A DNA stretch of 64,000 nt from the human T2T-CHM13v2.0 reference genome, Homo sapiens. The translations under genes and the position numbers were made by a program. The notes beneath the pieces were generated by a model, which worked only from the letters and a program-made list of their open reading frames with translations, was not told the DNA's origin and did no database searches. Below, piece after piece: positions 25,171-38,635 of the stretch (the stretch's first letter is position 1; every line of letters starts with the position of its first letter). The stretch lies in the NCBI RefSeq assembly GCF_009914755.1, contig NC_060925.1; one strand, written 5' to 3'.

Positions 25171-26624
25171 TTAACCTTAGTGTCTTTTCAGTCCCATCTA
25201 AAGTCCTTAAAGGCAAAGTGAGGCTCCTTAAGTCAAGCTCAGGACAAGGCTACAGAGCCTTCAGTGTTCCTCATTGCAGCAGAGATGGGAGCCCTGAGCT
25301 CTCAGAGGCTGCTCTGATGGCTCCTCCACAAGCCAGGGCCAAATGCCCGCCCACTCCTGGGCCTCATGCCAGAGAATGGTCCTGACCCAGCACTCTCCCG
25401 CCCCTCTTTGTAGCTCAGTAAGATTCTGGAGTCTCACTTCCAGAGATGCTGTAAGCCCTTGGTGCCCCTCAGTGTCCTCCCAAGGGTCTGGACAAGCCCA
25501 AGAGGGGTCAGAGACTTTGCTGAGTAGTGCAGTGACGTCCCATGTACTCGGTCACATCCCTGTTTTCTGCAGATGGGCCTGGCCTCTGGTGCTGTCCTTA
25601 GGGGACTCTGCAGTTTCCTTCCTGCAGCTGTAGCTCCCCAGGCCTCCCTGGTGACTATGTCTACTGAAAGGGCTCTTTGTACATGGCCATCTGGGAAAAC
25701 AGTGGCAGTTGGGGTGCCCCCGCAAGTGCCTGCCAGCATCTCCCAGCCCTTGGGTGACTGCAGACCACATTCCTGAGCTCCCACATGCTGCCGTTCTCGC
25801 CAGCACTGGGCTGCCCACTCCCTGGGTGGGGAGTCAGCAGGCCTGGGTTCTTGGGCAAGTCACTTTATCTCTCTGATCTTAGGATCTTCATTTGTAAGAT
25901 AGAGATCATGATAGTTGTCCTGCCGGCCCCCTGCCAGAGGTTCTACAGAGGCTGTGCATACCAGCCTTTGATAGGAATAAAGGGCTAACGTAGGTTGCTG
26001 TAGTTGCTGTGATTGAGCTGTCATCAGGCGCTGCACCGGTCACTTCTGTAAGCAGCCAAGTGGTTGCCAAGCAGAAGGGTTTGGGGAGACACAGATGAAG
26101 GAAGACCTTGATCTTGGGGGATCTCCACCCCTCCTCATTTTATTGAAGAATCACAGTACACATTCCTGAGGGCATAGAAATATAAAAATATAGGCTTCAA
26201 GAAACCCATAAGCATGGTTTAAATATCCATCTATAAACACATAAATGTTTCAAAACAACAGCTGGAAATTCAAGTCCTCCAGGATTCTGAATTCCTCAAA
26301 TTTAGGAGAAGGTAGTCTAGGAAGGTTTCCTGAAGGAAGAATCAGCTTTTTTTTTTTTTTTAAGGAAAGAGGTTTAAGGTGATGGTGATGATGATGGAGC
26401 TTCAGACCATGACAGCCAAATTTATAACCAGTGGAAAGTAGGAGAGATTTGGTGGTAGCTCTTGCCATATAGAGATCCTGAAAGAATAAGTGATGTGTAA
26501 GAAATAGTGAGCAGGTCTCCTTCCCGGGGCTGTCGAGTCAGAACTGAAGTTTAGATGGGAGGGTAAACAAACAGGTAGGTTGTCAAGACTGCATCAGCAT
26601 AGGGCCCAGCTCAGTATGGCCCCT

Positions 26625-27025
26625 GGTCATAGGTCAGTTTTCCAGGGAAACAGGCTCTGAGACAGAGATTTGCATGCAGGAGGTTTGTAGGGGAGGGCGC
26701 TTGGTGTCATCATCTGTGGGATGGGGCAGAGGGGCAGGTTGTACAGTGATGCAGTTGCAGTAGAGGTCTCAGTTGATCTCACAAGGAGCTTTGGAGCTAG
26801 GATGGCCCTTAAGGCTGGGAAGCCAAGGCCTTTATGTCCTCTCATTGATCAGTTACTGGATGTGGGCTGCCCTTGGGGTACAACCTTAGGGGATGCTGCT
26901 CCCTTCAGTGGAGGGCAGTGCCTAGAGAGGGACTCAGCTGTGAGTTGTCGGCAGCGAACACTCCCAGCAGCTGTGGGAGTGTGTGGCTTCATTTTGAAGG
27001 GGAGGTCTGGGTGATGCCCCCATGA
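26625..27025 (-). mobile_element. LTR16-like ERVL solo LTR
   Basis: gggaaacaggctctgagacagagatttgcatgcaggaggtttgtaggggag. Confidence 0.7.
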
Positions 27026-27289
27026 TGGAGGCAGGGAAGGGCCCCCAGCAGAGTCTGATGCACCTTGCCAAACTCTGACACCAGTGCTGGCCCCTCAGAT
27101 TCTTCTAGGGCAGGATGGTTTGATCCCTCTCTCTGATATACCCTTTTATAGAAAGTTAGAGGTAGAAGTGAGTTTTGAGATCATTTAATACAATCATCCT
27201 CAGCCTGGGAGAAGGATACATCTCAGAATCATCCAGGGCTTTTTCAAACCACTCACAGGAGCTTCTGATGTGCACTGACCTCTGCCATT

Positions 27290-27885
27290 CCACTAAGACT
27301 AAACTGTAAGCTCCTTGAGGTTGGGGTTCTCTCTGTCCTGCACAGTGGTGAAGGAATGTTTGGGGAAAGAATGAATGTGACCTTCGCCCTTGTCCTCAGC
27401 CTCATCTCTTGCCACTCACTCAGTTGTTTTCTACACTGCAGTTACTGTGACGTCCTTGCCTTTGCACAGGCTGTTCCCTCTGTTTGGAACTCCCCCATCC
27501 CCTTCCTTCCCCTTACTTGCTGCTGCTTGTCTTTCTGGATCCAGTTCAGTTATCACTTCTCCCCACCTCCTAGAATAGGTGTCCCTCTTCTGATTAAATG
27601 AGTTAATGCATGTACAGTGCTCACAACAGTGCCAGGCATGTGGGGAGCTCTAGATAGGTGTTAGCTTTCCCTGTGACTCCATTCTTTGGCACACTGTGCT
27701 GTGCATGATCCTAAAATGGATCATGCTTTGTTTCAATGGCTTGTTTACTTGTTTATGTACTCAGCAATCTGTAAGTTCTTGGCAAGCAGGTACCATGTTC
27801 CTTTATTTTTGTACCCATAGCATCTAGTACAGTGCCTGGCACATGGTAGGAGCTTAATAAATATGTGTGGAATGAGTGGGAGAAA
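27290..27885 (+). mobile_element. L2/MIR 3' fragments
   Basis: ctgtaagctccttgagg; gcctttgcacaggctgttccctc; acagtgcctggcacatggtaggagcttaataaatatgtgtggaatga. Confidence 0.7.
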
Positions 27886-28007
27886 TAGGTGTCTAGGGAT
27901 ACATTTTGGCAAAATGTATTTTAAAGTTTTTTAATAAGGAACTAGTTGAGTGAGATTCACTGACAATGACCAGGTGTGGCATCATTGTTGCACAAAAAAT
28001 ACTGAAT

Positions 28008-28110
28008 ATTGGATGGATGAATTGATACATGGAGAGATGGATGGATTGTTGATGGGACAGGCAGATAGGTAGACAGATAGATGAGCGGAGAAAGGGATTG
28101 ATGGATGAAC
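28008..28110. repeat. Degenerate (GGAT)/(AGAT) low-complexity tract
   Basis: ggatggatga...gatggatgga...agataggtagacagatagatga. Confidence 0.7.
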
Positions 28111-28596
28111 ATTGCCATGTGTGGAAGAAGGCCAGAACTTGCCAGGGTCTGGGCAGGAGGGAAGGTAGATAGGAGAGGGCATTTACATTTCACAAAGGCC
28201 AAGCCAACTGGGCTTGAATTGGGGAGGGGCACCTGAAGAAAACCCTTCCCATCTTGCCCACTGAGGCCCCAGGAAATGCTGCTCCTGCATGTTCGTACCC
28301 ACAGGGGAGGTGCTGGGGACCATTACTCATTCTGACACATCCCTGAGGTCAGTATAGAGGCAGCAGAATGGAGGTGCTGCAGGGTGCTGAGTCAGGGGAG
28401 GAGATGGGCTGTTGCCGAGTGGGGCTTTACTGGAGAAAGCCTGGGGACTTGGAGTCAGAGGCAATGATCTCTGTTCCTGAAGGGGGTTGACAGAGAACTC
28501 CCAAGGGGAATCAGGGCGAGTGAGATCACCTTGTGAGAGGGTGGAGGATCTGTCACCCCAGAGCGCATGGCTGAGTGCAGATCTGCATCAGGTTTA

Positions 28597-29007
<411 letters not shown>

Positions 29008-31689
29008 TCAACAGTCACTGGGGTCAGACAGTTGGGTCAGTCAGCTGGGTGGTGGGTAGGGGTGCGTTCTGAGTGCACTTGGTTGATGAGATGAGTACTA
29101 AAAAGCAAGGCAGGGTCCCTGCTTGGGGAGGCTCCACTGGTTTGTTCTTCAGGGGTTGGTACTGCACCCTTGCAGACAATTGGAAATTTGGGTAGGGAGT
29201 GGTGGTTGTAATAGTACAGCAGGGAGGGAATGGGGGAGGGGCAGTGCTGCATAAAAGGCCTGGGACCAGGGAAGCCAAGTGTCCTGCAGGAAGGCCAGTC
29301 CTGCACAGCCAAGAGTCATCTCACTCCAGAGGCAAGCAGCGCTCCTTTGAGAAATGCTGTGCTTACTCAAAGGGAACGTTGTCTGCTAATGATTTGCAAG
29401 GTCTCCAGCCTTGCTCTCCTCCACACACTCAGACCTCTAGGTCTGTCCTCTCTCCCTTCCCTGTCCTCTCCTCTGGAAGACATTAGAGTTGCCAACTTTG
29501 AAAGTTTGTGGAGGGCCATGAGCTCTCTCACAGGGAGGAAGGTGGCAAGCAAGTGAGAAGTAGCAACACCGTCTGCCTGTGGGTCTGGCTCCCTTTTGCA
29601 GTGAGAGGTTGGACCCCAGGGCTGAAGGAGGTGGGCTTCTGGAGGGCGCATGGGGGAGAAGCTTCCCATGTGCCCATCACTCAGGGCCTTGGGAACCTCC
29701 CAGCAGAACATCAGGCTCTGGGTGAGGCTCCCAGCTCAGCGATGAGCGGGGCGGCTACCCAGATGCTCCTGGGTCCAGCGAGGGCTTCCAGATCCTCCCA
29801 TTCCCAACCCCATCTTGGTTCCTTCCCTCACCTCAGGACAGAGCTGTCATGTGCAGGCAGGCAGGTGGTGAGGGAGCCCCGCAGAGGCTGCTGCTCCCAA
29901 CACCACATGTCCTGGAAGGACAAATGTAAAAATATAAAAAGCCTTTGGTCTTGGGGCCGGATCACATGGATCACATGGCTGGGTGGTCTGTCACTTTGGC
30001 TGTCGAGTTGTCGGTATCTAAGGTTGAGGTACTGGCTGCAGCCAGGGCTGGGAGAGAACTGGGTTTGGCAAAAATGACACTTCTGTCTGGAGAGCTCATT
30101 TTTGTGCAATCTCCTGGGGTGCCCTCCAGCCCCGTGGGGTAGGCTGGGGAGGTGCCACCCTCATGATTCATTTTCAAACAAGAAAATGAAGGCTCTGGTC
30201 TGTGCCTGGCTAGTGGTGCAGTGGCTCAGACCCAAGTCTTCTGACTCCTTGTCCAGTGCTCTCTCCTCTGCAGCACAATCCAGCTCTTTCCTTGCAGAGA
30301 AGAGCTGGCGATGCTCATCTGTGAGGAGGTAGAAGCTGACCCACAGGACGTTTCCTTGGGAATGTTTGTGGAGGTTTGTGTGGAAGAGGCCTGCCCATCA
30401 GGGCCAATTCTGGACTGGCACCCTGCAGGACTAGAGACAATATCCCAGAATCTTCTCAGAAGAAGCAGAGACCTATGCCAACAGCAGGTAGCTGAGTAGT
30501 TTGCAGGAACTTAGTGAAGCCCTGGCAGGCCCAGTCTCGGGGTGTCTGGGAGGCAGCCAATGAGGGAGAAGAGGGCTCAGCTGGGCTTGCTGAAGAGGGT
30601 CTGGGGCCACTGGACTTCTCTCCAATCACTCTGCTCACATCCCCCTCACCAGCACTGGGCACCCCAAGGAGTCAGAATGGAGTGTGGTGCTCAGGTCACC
30701 TGTGGTCCTCCTGATAGTGAGGATCCTGTACCCCTGGCTTCCTCAAGAACTCTGCTTAATGCCCATGGATTGCCGTGGGGGCTCCCCTGGGTCTCGGCTC
30801 GGCCCAGCAGCCTGGGCCAGGATGAAAGTGAAGCTGTCAATAATTCATGCTCCAGCTCCCCCTCACTTCCCTCGCTTGGCTGGTTGTAAATATTTCACGG
30901 GCTTCAAGGGGCAGAGATGGCCCAGCAGAGACTCCCAGGATAGGGCTCGAGGAGGCCTCGCCCTTTCCCAGAGGCCCCCAACCATTCCCCTGGCAGGAAA
31001 GGAGCCCAGTCCCAGGCTTGGAGAGTGGTGGGTTGTCCAGAGCTACTACTGACTGGGATGGCCTTGCAGCCTCTGGTGAGGATTTGGGTGCTGGGCCACA
31101 TGCTCTGCAGACTGGCTGGTTTAAGTGGCTGGTGTAGTGGATCCTGAGAAATGGAAGGAGTGCCGCTGCCTGCAGCCAGCCCTGGAGGTTGTTGTCAACT
31201 CCACTCTCTTCCTCATCTCCCACACTATGTCTTGGGTTTATCTTCTCCTCAACCTGCCCTCTCCATGTCACCTGCCTTGGTTCAGGCCTTGATCATCTTC
31301 CTGGACAATTGGCCCAGCCACTCTGTGACTCCAGACAGCCTAAGGAATCTTTCTAAAACAAATCTGGCCCGGCTACTCCTTTGTTTCAGAGCCTCCACAA
31401 GCTCCAGGTTACCTTCAGGGGAAGATCCACTTGCCTCTTGCCAGTGCACAGGGCTTTGTATAACCTGGTCCCTGGGCCTTTCAGCTTCATTTTCCAGCCC
31501 CTGTGGCCTGCTCCCCAGTGCTGCAGTCAGCTCATTGTTCTCTGCAACCCTAAGCTCTCTCCCACCTTCCAGCCTCTGTTTTAGTTGCACCTCTGCCAGG
31601 AGGTGGTGGGGACACCAATCTCTGGGCTGTGTGCATCTCTAAGCTGTTCTAGGGGTCACTCAGCTGCTTTGGGACCAGGCCTATAGAAT

Positions 31690-31925
31690 GTCAAGGTGAG
31701 ACACTTGACAGATTTGGGTCCAATTTCCAGCTCTACTAATTGCTTATCTGTCATTGTGACTGGTGTCATATTCTTCTGTACCTTGGTATGCGTATCTGTA
31801 AAGTGGGAATAGTAATTCTTACCTCAGAGGAGAGTTGTGAGGCTTGGAAGTAAGGCCTATAAAGTACAGAGCCCAGTCCATGATGCAGAATAAGTGCCCC
31901 AGCCATGCCAGCTGCTACTGTTATT
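31690..31925 (+). mobile_element. MIR SINE
   Basis: atctgtaaagtgggaatagtaattcttacctcagaggagagttgtgagg. Confidence 0.75.
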
Positions 31926-32109
31926 ATGCCCTCTTTGGATTTGGGGCTGCGGAATTTCCTTCAAGGAGGTAGAAACTGAGATTATTATGTAGAACAGGAA
32001 GAAATAAAACAACAGAGGGGTACCAGGAACCTTCAGAGAGTTCTTCTGGTAAGTAGTGTAAGTAGTAGACCTGAGAGGCCCCAGGGAAAGTGAGAGAAAG
32101 AGGAACATC

Positions 32110-32510
32110 CATTATAAGGGCGCATTATGGAGGACACTGCTGTGGGGAATGCGAGCTAGATCCCACCAAGATGGTCTGGGGAGAACATAGAATGCATCTC
32201 ACAATGGTCCATCTGAGCATCAGCCTAAAGGAGGATTTCTGCATTGGCATCTCCACCCCATTGGTTGAGGGTTACCACCAAGGTATTGGTTTCCTGAACT
32301 TATGGATTACACAGGCACGTGTGCTGAGCAAGTTCCCACGTGTATCCACAGTTGCACAGAAAGACTTTTTTGAGGAATTACTTAGGCAAGTTCAAAGCCA
32401 CTTGGAGCTGTGGCCGGGAGACAGAAGAGAAGAGCAAAAGAGCAGGGAACGTACCATGAGACTAAGGCTGAGGCTCATGGAGGAGGAGACTGTGTGGTGG
32501 GAGTGGGAGC
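32110..32510 (-). mobile_element. Old ERVL-type (LTR16/LTR33-like) LTR fragment
   Basis: ctgctgtggggaa...gaatgcatctcacaatggtcc...ccccattggttgagggtt. Confidence 0.45.
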
Positions 32511-32590
32511 TGTGACTTTCTCCCTGACTGACCGACCTACCTACCCTACCTACAAACCTTCCCTCCCTCCCTCCCTCCCTTCCTTCCTTC

Positions 32591-32880
32591 TTTTTTTTTT
32601 GAGACGGAGTCTTGCACTGTTGCCTGGGCTGGATTGCAGTGGCGTGATCTTGGCTGACTGCAACCTCCGCCTCCTGGGTTCAAGCGATTCTCCTGCCTCA
32701 GCCTCCCAAGTAGCTGGGATTACAGGTGCCTGCCACCATGCCCAGCTAATTTTTTGTATTTTCAGTAGAGACGAGGTTTCGCTATGTTGGCCAGGCTGGT
32801 CTCAAACTCCTGACCTCGTGACTGGCCCTCCTCAGCCTCCCAAGTGCTGAGATTACAGGCGTGAGCCACCGCGGCCAGCC
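32591..32880 (-). mobile_element. AluS (Sg-like) with (CCTA)/(CCCT)/(CCTT) tail-derived repeats at 32525-32590
   Basis: gagacggagtcttgcactg...ctcctgacctcgtga (2-bp deletion shared by Sg/Sc/Y)...gtgagccaccgcggccagcc. Confidence 0.95.
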
Positions 32881-33139
32881 CCCTTCCTTTATAAATGATC
32901 ATTTATCAAGCATCCACTAGGTGCCAAGGAAGAAACAGGTGAATCTGAAGACGACTAGCTCTTCTGCTCCTACCCTGGGCCCAGAGGTGACTTAGAACCA
33001 ACTCAGGCATGAGGCAGATCTGACAGGGGGGTGACAGGTGGGCGGGTGGCCCTCTCTTTAGGGTGTGGGGAGCAGGGCTGGAGAAGTGGTCTTTCTTCCT
33101 CCTTCCAGGACAGTCTGCCTTCCTGCTGGTCCTAAAGGG

Positions 33140-33589
33140 TGTGAACCTCAAATGTCTGAGACAGGTCCCGGTCAATTTAGAAAGTTGATTTTGCCAAGGT
33201 TAAGGACGCACCTGTGACACAGCCTCAGGAAGTCCTGACAACATGTGCCCAAGGTGGTAGGGGCACAGCTTGGTTTTATACATTTTAGGGTGACATGAGA
33301 CATCAACCAATATATGTAAGATGTACATTGGTTCGGTCCGGAAAGGCGGGACAACTTGAAGCAGGGAGGGGGCTTCCAGGTCATAGGTAGATAAGAGACA
33401 AACGATCGCATTCTTTTGAGTTTCTGATCAGCCTTTTCAAAGGAAGCAATCAGCTATGCATTTATCTCAGTGAGCAGGGGGATGACTTTGAATAGAATGG
33501 GGCGCAAGTTTGCCCTAAGCAGTTCCCAGCTTGATTTTTTCCTTTTAGCTTAGTAATTTTGGGGTCCCAAGATTTATTTTCCTTTTACA
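33140..33589 (-). mobile_element. MER4A1 (ERV1) solo LTR, full length
   Basis: TG...CA ends; the reverse complement begins tgtaaaaggaaaataaatcttgggaccccaaaattactaagcta as in MER4A1. Confidence 0.9.
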
Positions 33590-34289
33590 TGGGGCAAGCA
33601 GTATACCTGGGAGAGCCCTGTCTTTGGGATAATGGGTAGACATCCTTAGCAGTGATGATGGAGACAAGAATAAGAGGCCAGACGCCTCCTCTCCACAGGT
33701 CAGCATATGGAGTGTATATGTATGTGTGAGAGCTCCTTCCCCATGGTCTGCATATACATTTAGAACCAAAGAAAGTTTTTTTTTGTTTTTTTTTTTTTTT
33801 TTAATAGGATCTCATGATGCAACAGTAGAGAGAAGTTGTTGTCTCACCTCACCTCTCAACCATCTCCAAAATAACCGGTCAGAGTAGCAGTACTTGAGCA
33901 TCCATCCATCCACGCATCTAGACAGTTTCCCAGATCTGGACCCCGGTGAGAAAAGGGAACTAATCGGACTTCTTTTTCTGAAATTCCAGCTTGGAATTGC
34001 CTTCGGAAGACATCCTCAATCCTGCCCCAGCCTTACGATTGTTTTGTGTCATTAGATGAAGTCACTTCACTTCTGAAGCTCACTTGCCTCTTCTAAAAAC
34101 CGGAGGCTGATAAGGATTGCAGGAAACTCATGGAGTTGTTCCGAGGTTAAAATGAGAGTCTGCCTGTGGAAGGACATTGCAGATGATAGAAGACACAGAT
34201 GTAAGGCATCTACCTTATCTTTACCAGTTTCATCTTCTTCATCTTCATCTCATTACCATGGTCATCCTCGTTAGCAGGGAAGAGCAGGA

Positions 34290-34600
34290 GTTCTCACGGC
34301 AGGATAGGCTTCGCGGCTGTGCTGGGAAATGCCTGTCTGAAGTAGGCCACACATGGGCTGTGTGGAGGTAATTGATTTAATTCACAATCAGCTTCATTAT
34401 TAGGTCCACTTCGGAGGTGGGTTTATGGGAGCCTCAACCCGAACATACATCCGCTAGACTCTCCTTTGGCTGGGGCCTCCCCAGCTAAATACGTAGCTTG
34501 GAGATTTGAAAGGGGTGGAGGCAGGAACTGCAGAGGAAGCAGCAGCTAATGAAAAATTTAAGCTAATTGTTTGTTAAAAAGCCTTGTCTGCTTCGAATGG
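34290..34600. promoter_or_regulatory. Candidate enhancer/conserved element
   Basis: Repeat-free; TAATTG/TTAATT/TAATGA, ACAAT, TTTATGG and TGTTTGTT motifs with retained CpGs. Confidence 0.4.
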
Positions 34601-35679
34601 GATTTTCTGGGCTGGGGAGGGGGATGTGGGGTGGCCTGTGGCTATTGTCTTTTTTTCAGGCTATTGCTTCCTGGAGGACCCAAGTGGGCAGGGTATGGAG
34701 AGGATGGGGAGCTTCCTAGGCAGGCGGCCAAGTGGCTGCATCTCTAGCATCTGCATTTGTTGGAGAAAGAGCCTCTGTGGCCAGCTCTGGCTTCCACTGT
34801 TTCAAAGTACAATGCCCCTCTCTGTGTAGAGCTGTGTCTGTGTGGCAGGCATGTGCTTTGTGTGTGTGCTGAGGGGTATGCAAAGGAAGAGAGACAGCAG
34901 GGAGTATCCTGTAAGTAACCAGAGTAGTCCAGACCCACTCCTGATTAGCCTGTGATTGGAGGAAAACTTCCTCCCTTTCTGGTATTCAAAGTGCCCACTA
35001 TGTGGCTGGTGCACTTAGCCTGACCTGGGAAGAGAGGTAAGCCTGCTCTGAGGCAGGGGGAAACCAGAAATTTGTTTTGTAGTGAAAGTAACTAGTGATG
35101 AATTAACTCATGGATACTGGAGGCATGGCGGCCCCTGCTGAGGCACCTTGGCTGGGCTAATGTGTCCACTGAGTGAGAATTATATATCAGGCCCAACCAA
35201 TATCAGAGGGGGAGGCCACGATGTGGGGAGGGCTGCTAGTTGTGTGGACTCTGGGAGAAGTCCCAGAGGCAGGGATGAAGATTGGAGAAATTAGATCAGA
35301 CCACTTGATAAACGAATTGAGGTTGCAAGAAGTAGCCATTAGGACTGGCTCAAAAGTTGCAAGCAGAGGCAGAGGAGTGAAGGAAGATGCCTGTAAGTGG
35401 TCAGGGAAGGGGAGATGGCACCATGGGACTTGGGGGGTTCTGGAAGCCATGGAGAGAGCAGTGTTAGCCCCCAGAATGCAAGGGTGCACTTGAGGTACAG
35501 TGAAGAAGGGCTGAGCTTCCCAAGCTCAAAGCTAAAGGAGAAAGCTGGTCTTCTTGTGGTACCCCATTACAGGGCCTAATTTTGAGTTAGACTGTGTCCA
35601 GTTGGTCTTCAGTATGATATGTTGGTCTGACTGACCTCTCTTGTTGAGTATATCTGCACCCCGAGATTTCTTCACCACA

Positions 35680-35860
35680 CACTGTGGCATAGTGGAAAGG
35701 GCATGAGGCTTGGAGTCACACAGACCTGGGTCCAAATCCCAGCTTGCCATTTTGGGGAAGCCTTTGCTGAACCCTGAGGCTAGGTTACCTGTATTTCCAT
35801 GGTACCAAATGCTTATCTCCATCTCTGAACTGCGCACAGTACAATATGAAATTACATACT
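35680..35860 (+). mobile_element. MIR SINE
   Basis: gtggcatagtggaaagggcatgaggcttggagtcacacagacctgggtccaaatcccagc. Confidence 0.8.
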
Positions 35861-36759
35861 TCTGAGGCAAACTGTCAAGCTGGTTTTCATTAGGAAGTTG
35901 CTGTGCCTAACACTGGACTCTGTAGGGTATTATCTTTGCCCCAATATTTCTTCATTGTTGTTGAGAGTCTCAAGGGTAGGGAGCACAATTGTTTTTTCTA
36001 TAAATACCAAACACCTTGGGCTGTGCCTGGAGCACCTGATTAATGTGTGTTTGTGGAACTGAACTGACCGTTGATGATGTCACCTTTTGGATCCTGGTTT
36101 TCTCATTGATAAAATGTGTACAAGCAATAGTGCCCACCCTGGGATTACGGTATGGCCTGAAAGAAATAAGCACCAGAAATGAAAGACCCTGTATAATATC
36201 TGGCACGTAAGTAGGTGCTCACATACTCTGGTGAATCCATGACTTTCTGAGCCTGACATCTTTTAACATCTTGTGGTGGAGAAATTCTCATCCCTTGGGT
36301 GAGGGTAGTGGAAATTGACCAGGGGTTCTGGGAGACCTTCTCTTTGGGGTTGCATGAGTTCACTTTGTACTGGACTTTGCTGCAAAGGACCTGAAGCTGT
36401 CCTTCTGACTGGAGGGTTCCAGGGGCAGGGAGACTGGTTAGAGGCAGAGATTTGCTCTGGCTTGGGGCTGTGGTGGAGTGGTAAAAGTGGGAACAGGTAG
36501 AGGTGGGGACATTTCTCTATCAGAGCCTGAAGGTTTCTCTTGCCATCAGTGGACTTGATTTCTAAGTGCACCCTGAGGATAGAACAAGTGGAAGCAAGAT
36601 AACGCACCAAGAAAGCTGAGGATAGACTTAGAAGAAACTTCCTGATGCTTCTATAAAGTTGGGTGTCTCATTTCTATCTCAGGAAATTATTTCTAAAATT
36701 TAGACAACTCCTGCTAGTTTGGTTCATAGAAATCACAGCCATCATGACCTCTCTATTAT

Positions 36760-37920
36760 TTTATTGTTTTCTAAAATACAGGAATACAGGAATATTGTTT
36801 TACAAAAGATTCAAACAATGCACACATTAGCAAATAAAGTAAATGGTGAAAGTCCCCTTGGTTCAAAGCTATCTCTTTCATTCTCACTTCCTTCCAGAGG
36901 GACATCACTCTTAATGGTTTGATGTGTACTCTTTCAGAATTTTGCCCATGCATTTATAGGTATATGTACATAAATGAAAACGGATACAAAGCTTTATTTA
37001 TTTATTTGAGACAGAGTCTGGCTGTGTTGCCTAGTCTGGAGTGCGGTAGCGTGTTCATGGCTTACTGCAGCTTTGACCTCCTGGGCTCAAGCAATCTTTC
37101 CACCTCAGCCTCCTGAGTAGCTGGGATCACAGGCATGCTCCACCATGCTCGTCTAATTTTTGTATTTTTAGTAGAGGCGGAATTTCATCATGTTGCTCAG
37201 GCTGGTCACAAACTCCTGAGTTCAAGCAATCTGCCCTCCTTGGCTTCCTAAAGTGTTGGGATTACTGGTGTAAGCCACCATGCTTGGCTGATGTAAAGCT
37301 TTTAAACATGAATGGGATTGTACTATTTCCATTGTTTTGGAGCATGTTTTTCCAAGAAATGCATCTGGAGATCTTTCCATGTATGTACATACAAATAGGA
37401 CTTAATAAAAAAAAAGCCTCTGTAGTATTCTATAATATAAATGGATTATAATTTTAAACAACTTTTTATGGGTATTCTGATTACAAGTGAAGTGGAGCAT
37501 CTTAAAAATGGTTTGTTAGCCATTTAAATTTTATTTTTAATTTTTAAAATTGAATTGCCTCTTTATAACTTCCGTCCATTTTAATGTACATTGGATGTTT
37601 GGTCTTTATAATTGATTTGAAGTTATTACATAAATCCAATATTAATCCTTTTGTGTTAAATACATTGCAAATATTTTCTTCCATGCCCTTCATTTGCCTT
37701 TTAACTTTATTTGTAAGTATTTTGTTGTGTAAAACTTTTCATTTGTAAGTAGTCAAATCTGTCAGCTATTTTCCTTATGGCTTTCGGGTATCATGTTTTA
37801 TTTAGGAAGGTCTGTCTCAGTCCAAGGCTAAAAACAACATTCTCCTATAATTTTATGTAATATTTTCAAGTTGTTTTCACTTTTGGCTTTTTTACATATC
37901 TGATCAATGGTGTGAATCTA
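36760..37920 (-). mobile_element. L1ME-like fragment (split by an AluJ)
   Basis: AT-rich antisense L1 text: ctgattacaagtgaagtggagcatc...ttgcaaatattttcttcc...gtagtcaaatctgtca. Confidence 0.75.
36993..37289 (-). mobile_element. AluJ
   Basis: catggcttactgcagctttgacctcctgggctcaagc (J-type); TSD-like gatacaaagcttt/gatgtaaagcttt. Confidence 0.95.
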
Positions 37921-38232
37921 TTGTTTAATTGTTGTTGGTGCATGTCAGTGCTGTAGGTAGACAAAGGCAAATACTGGTACAGATAATTCCAAACATCAAA
38001 AAATGTTTACCTTTGAAATCATGTGATTATAGAGTTTTATATTTTAGAGGGCTGGTTTTTAAAAATGTCAAAATGTTTTTAGCAATAAATTTAAACAATG
38101 AAGAAATATAGGATGTAAAAAATGAAGGTCCCTCAAGCTTCCTTTTCCAATCCTACTTCGATTGAATTGAATTTCTTATGACAAACATGTTTTATAAACA
38201 TAGAACATATATTTGTTGGCGATTTGTATTGC

Positions 38233-38519
38233 TTTTTCTTTTTCTTTCTCACTCTGTCACCTAGGCTGGAGTGCACTGGTGTGATCTCGGCTCACTGCAA
38301 CCTCCACCTCCTGAGTTCAAGCGATTCTTCTGCCTCAGTTTCCTGAGTAGCTGGAGCTATAGGCGCATGTCACCATGCCCGGATAATTTTTGTATTTTTG
38401 TAGTAGAGATGGGGTTTTGCCATATTGGCCAAGCTGGTCTCAAACTGCTGACCTTGTGATCCACCCACCTTGGCCTCCCAAAGTGCTGGGATTACAGGCC
38501 TGAGCCACCGCACCCGGCC
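38233..38519 (-). mobile_element. AluS (Sg-like)
   Basis: ctcactctgtcacctaggctggagtgc...ctgaccttgtgatccacc...gagccaccgcacccggcc; TSD-like ttgtattgcttt/ttgtatttcttt. Confidence 0.95.
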
Positions 38520-38635
38520 TTGTATTTCTTTTTCTATAAATTACCTCTGTACCCTTTATCCATTTTAAAAATTGGGCTGTCACTTAAAAAAAACTTATTT
38601 GATGGCATTGTTTGTACCTTAGGACATTAACTCTT

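Noticed and set aside
35680-35760. tRNA-like A/B boxes
   Set aside because: Heads of tRNA-derived MIR SINEs, not tRNA genes
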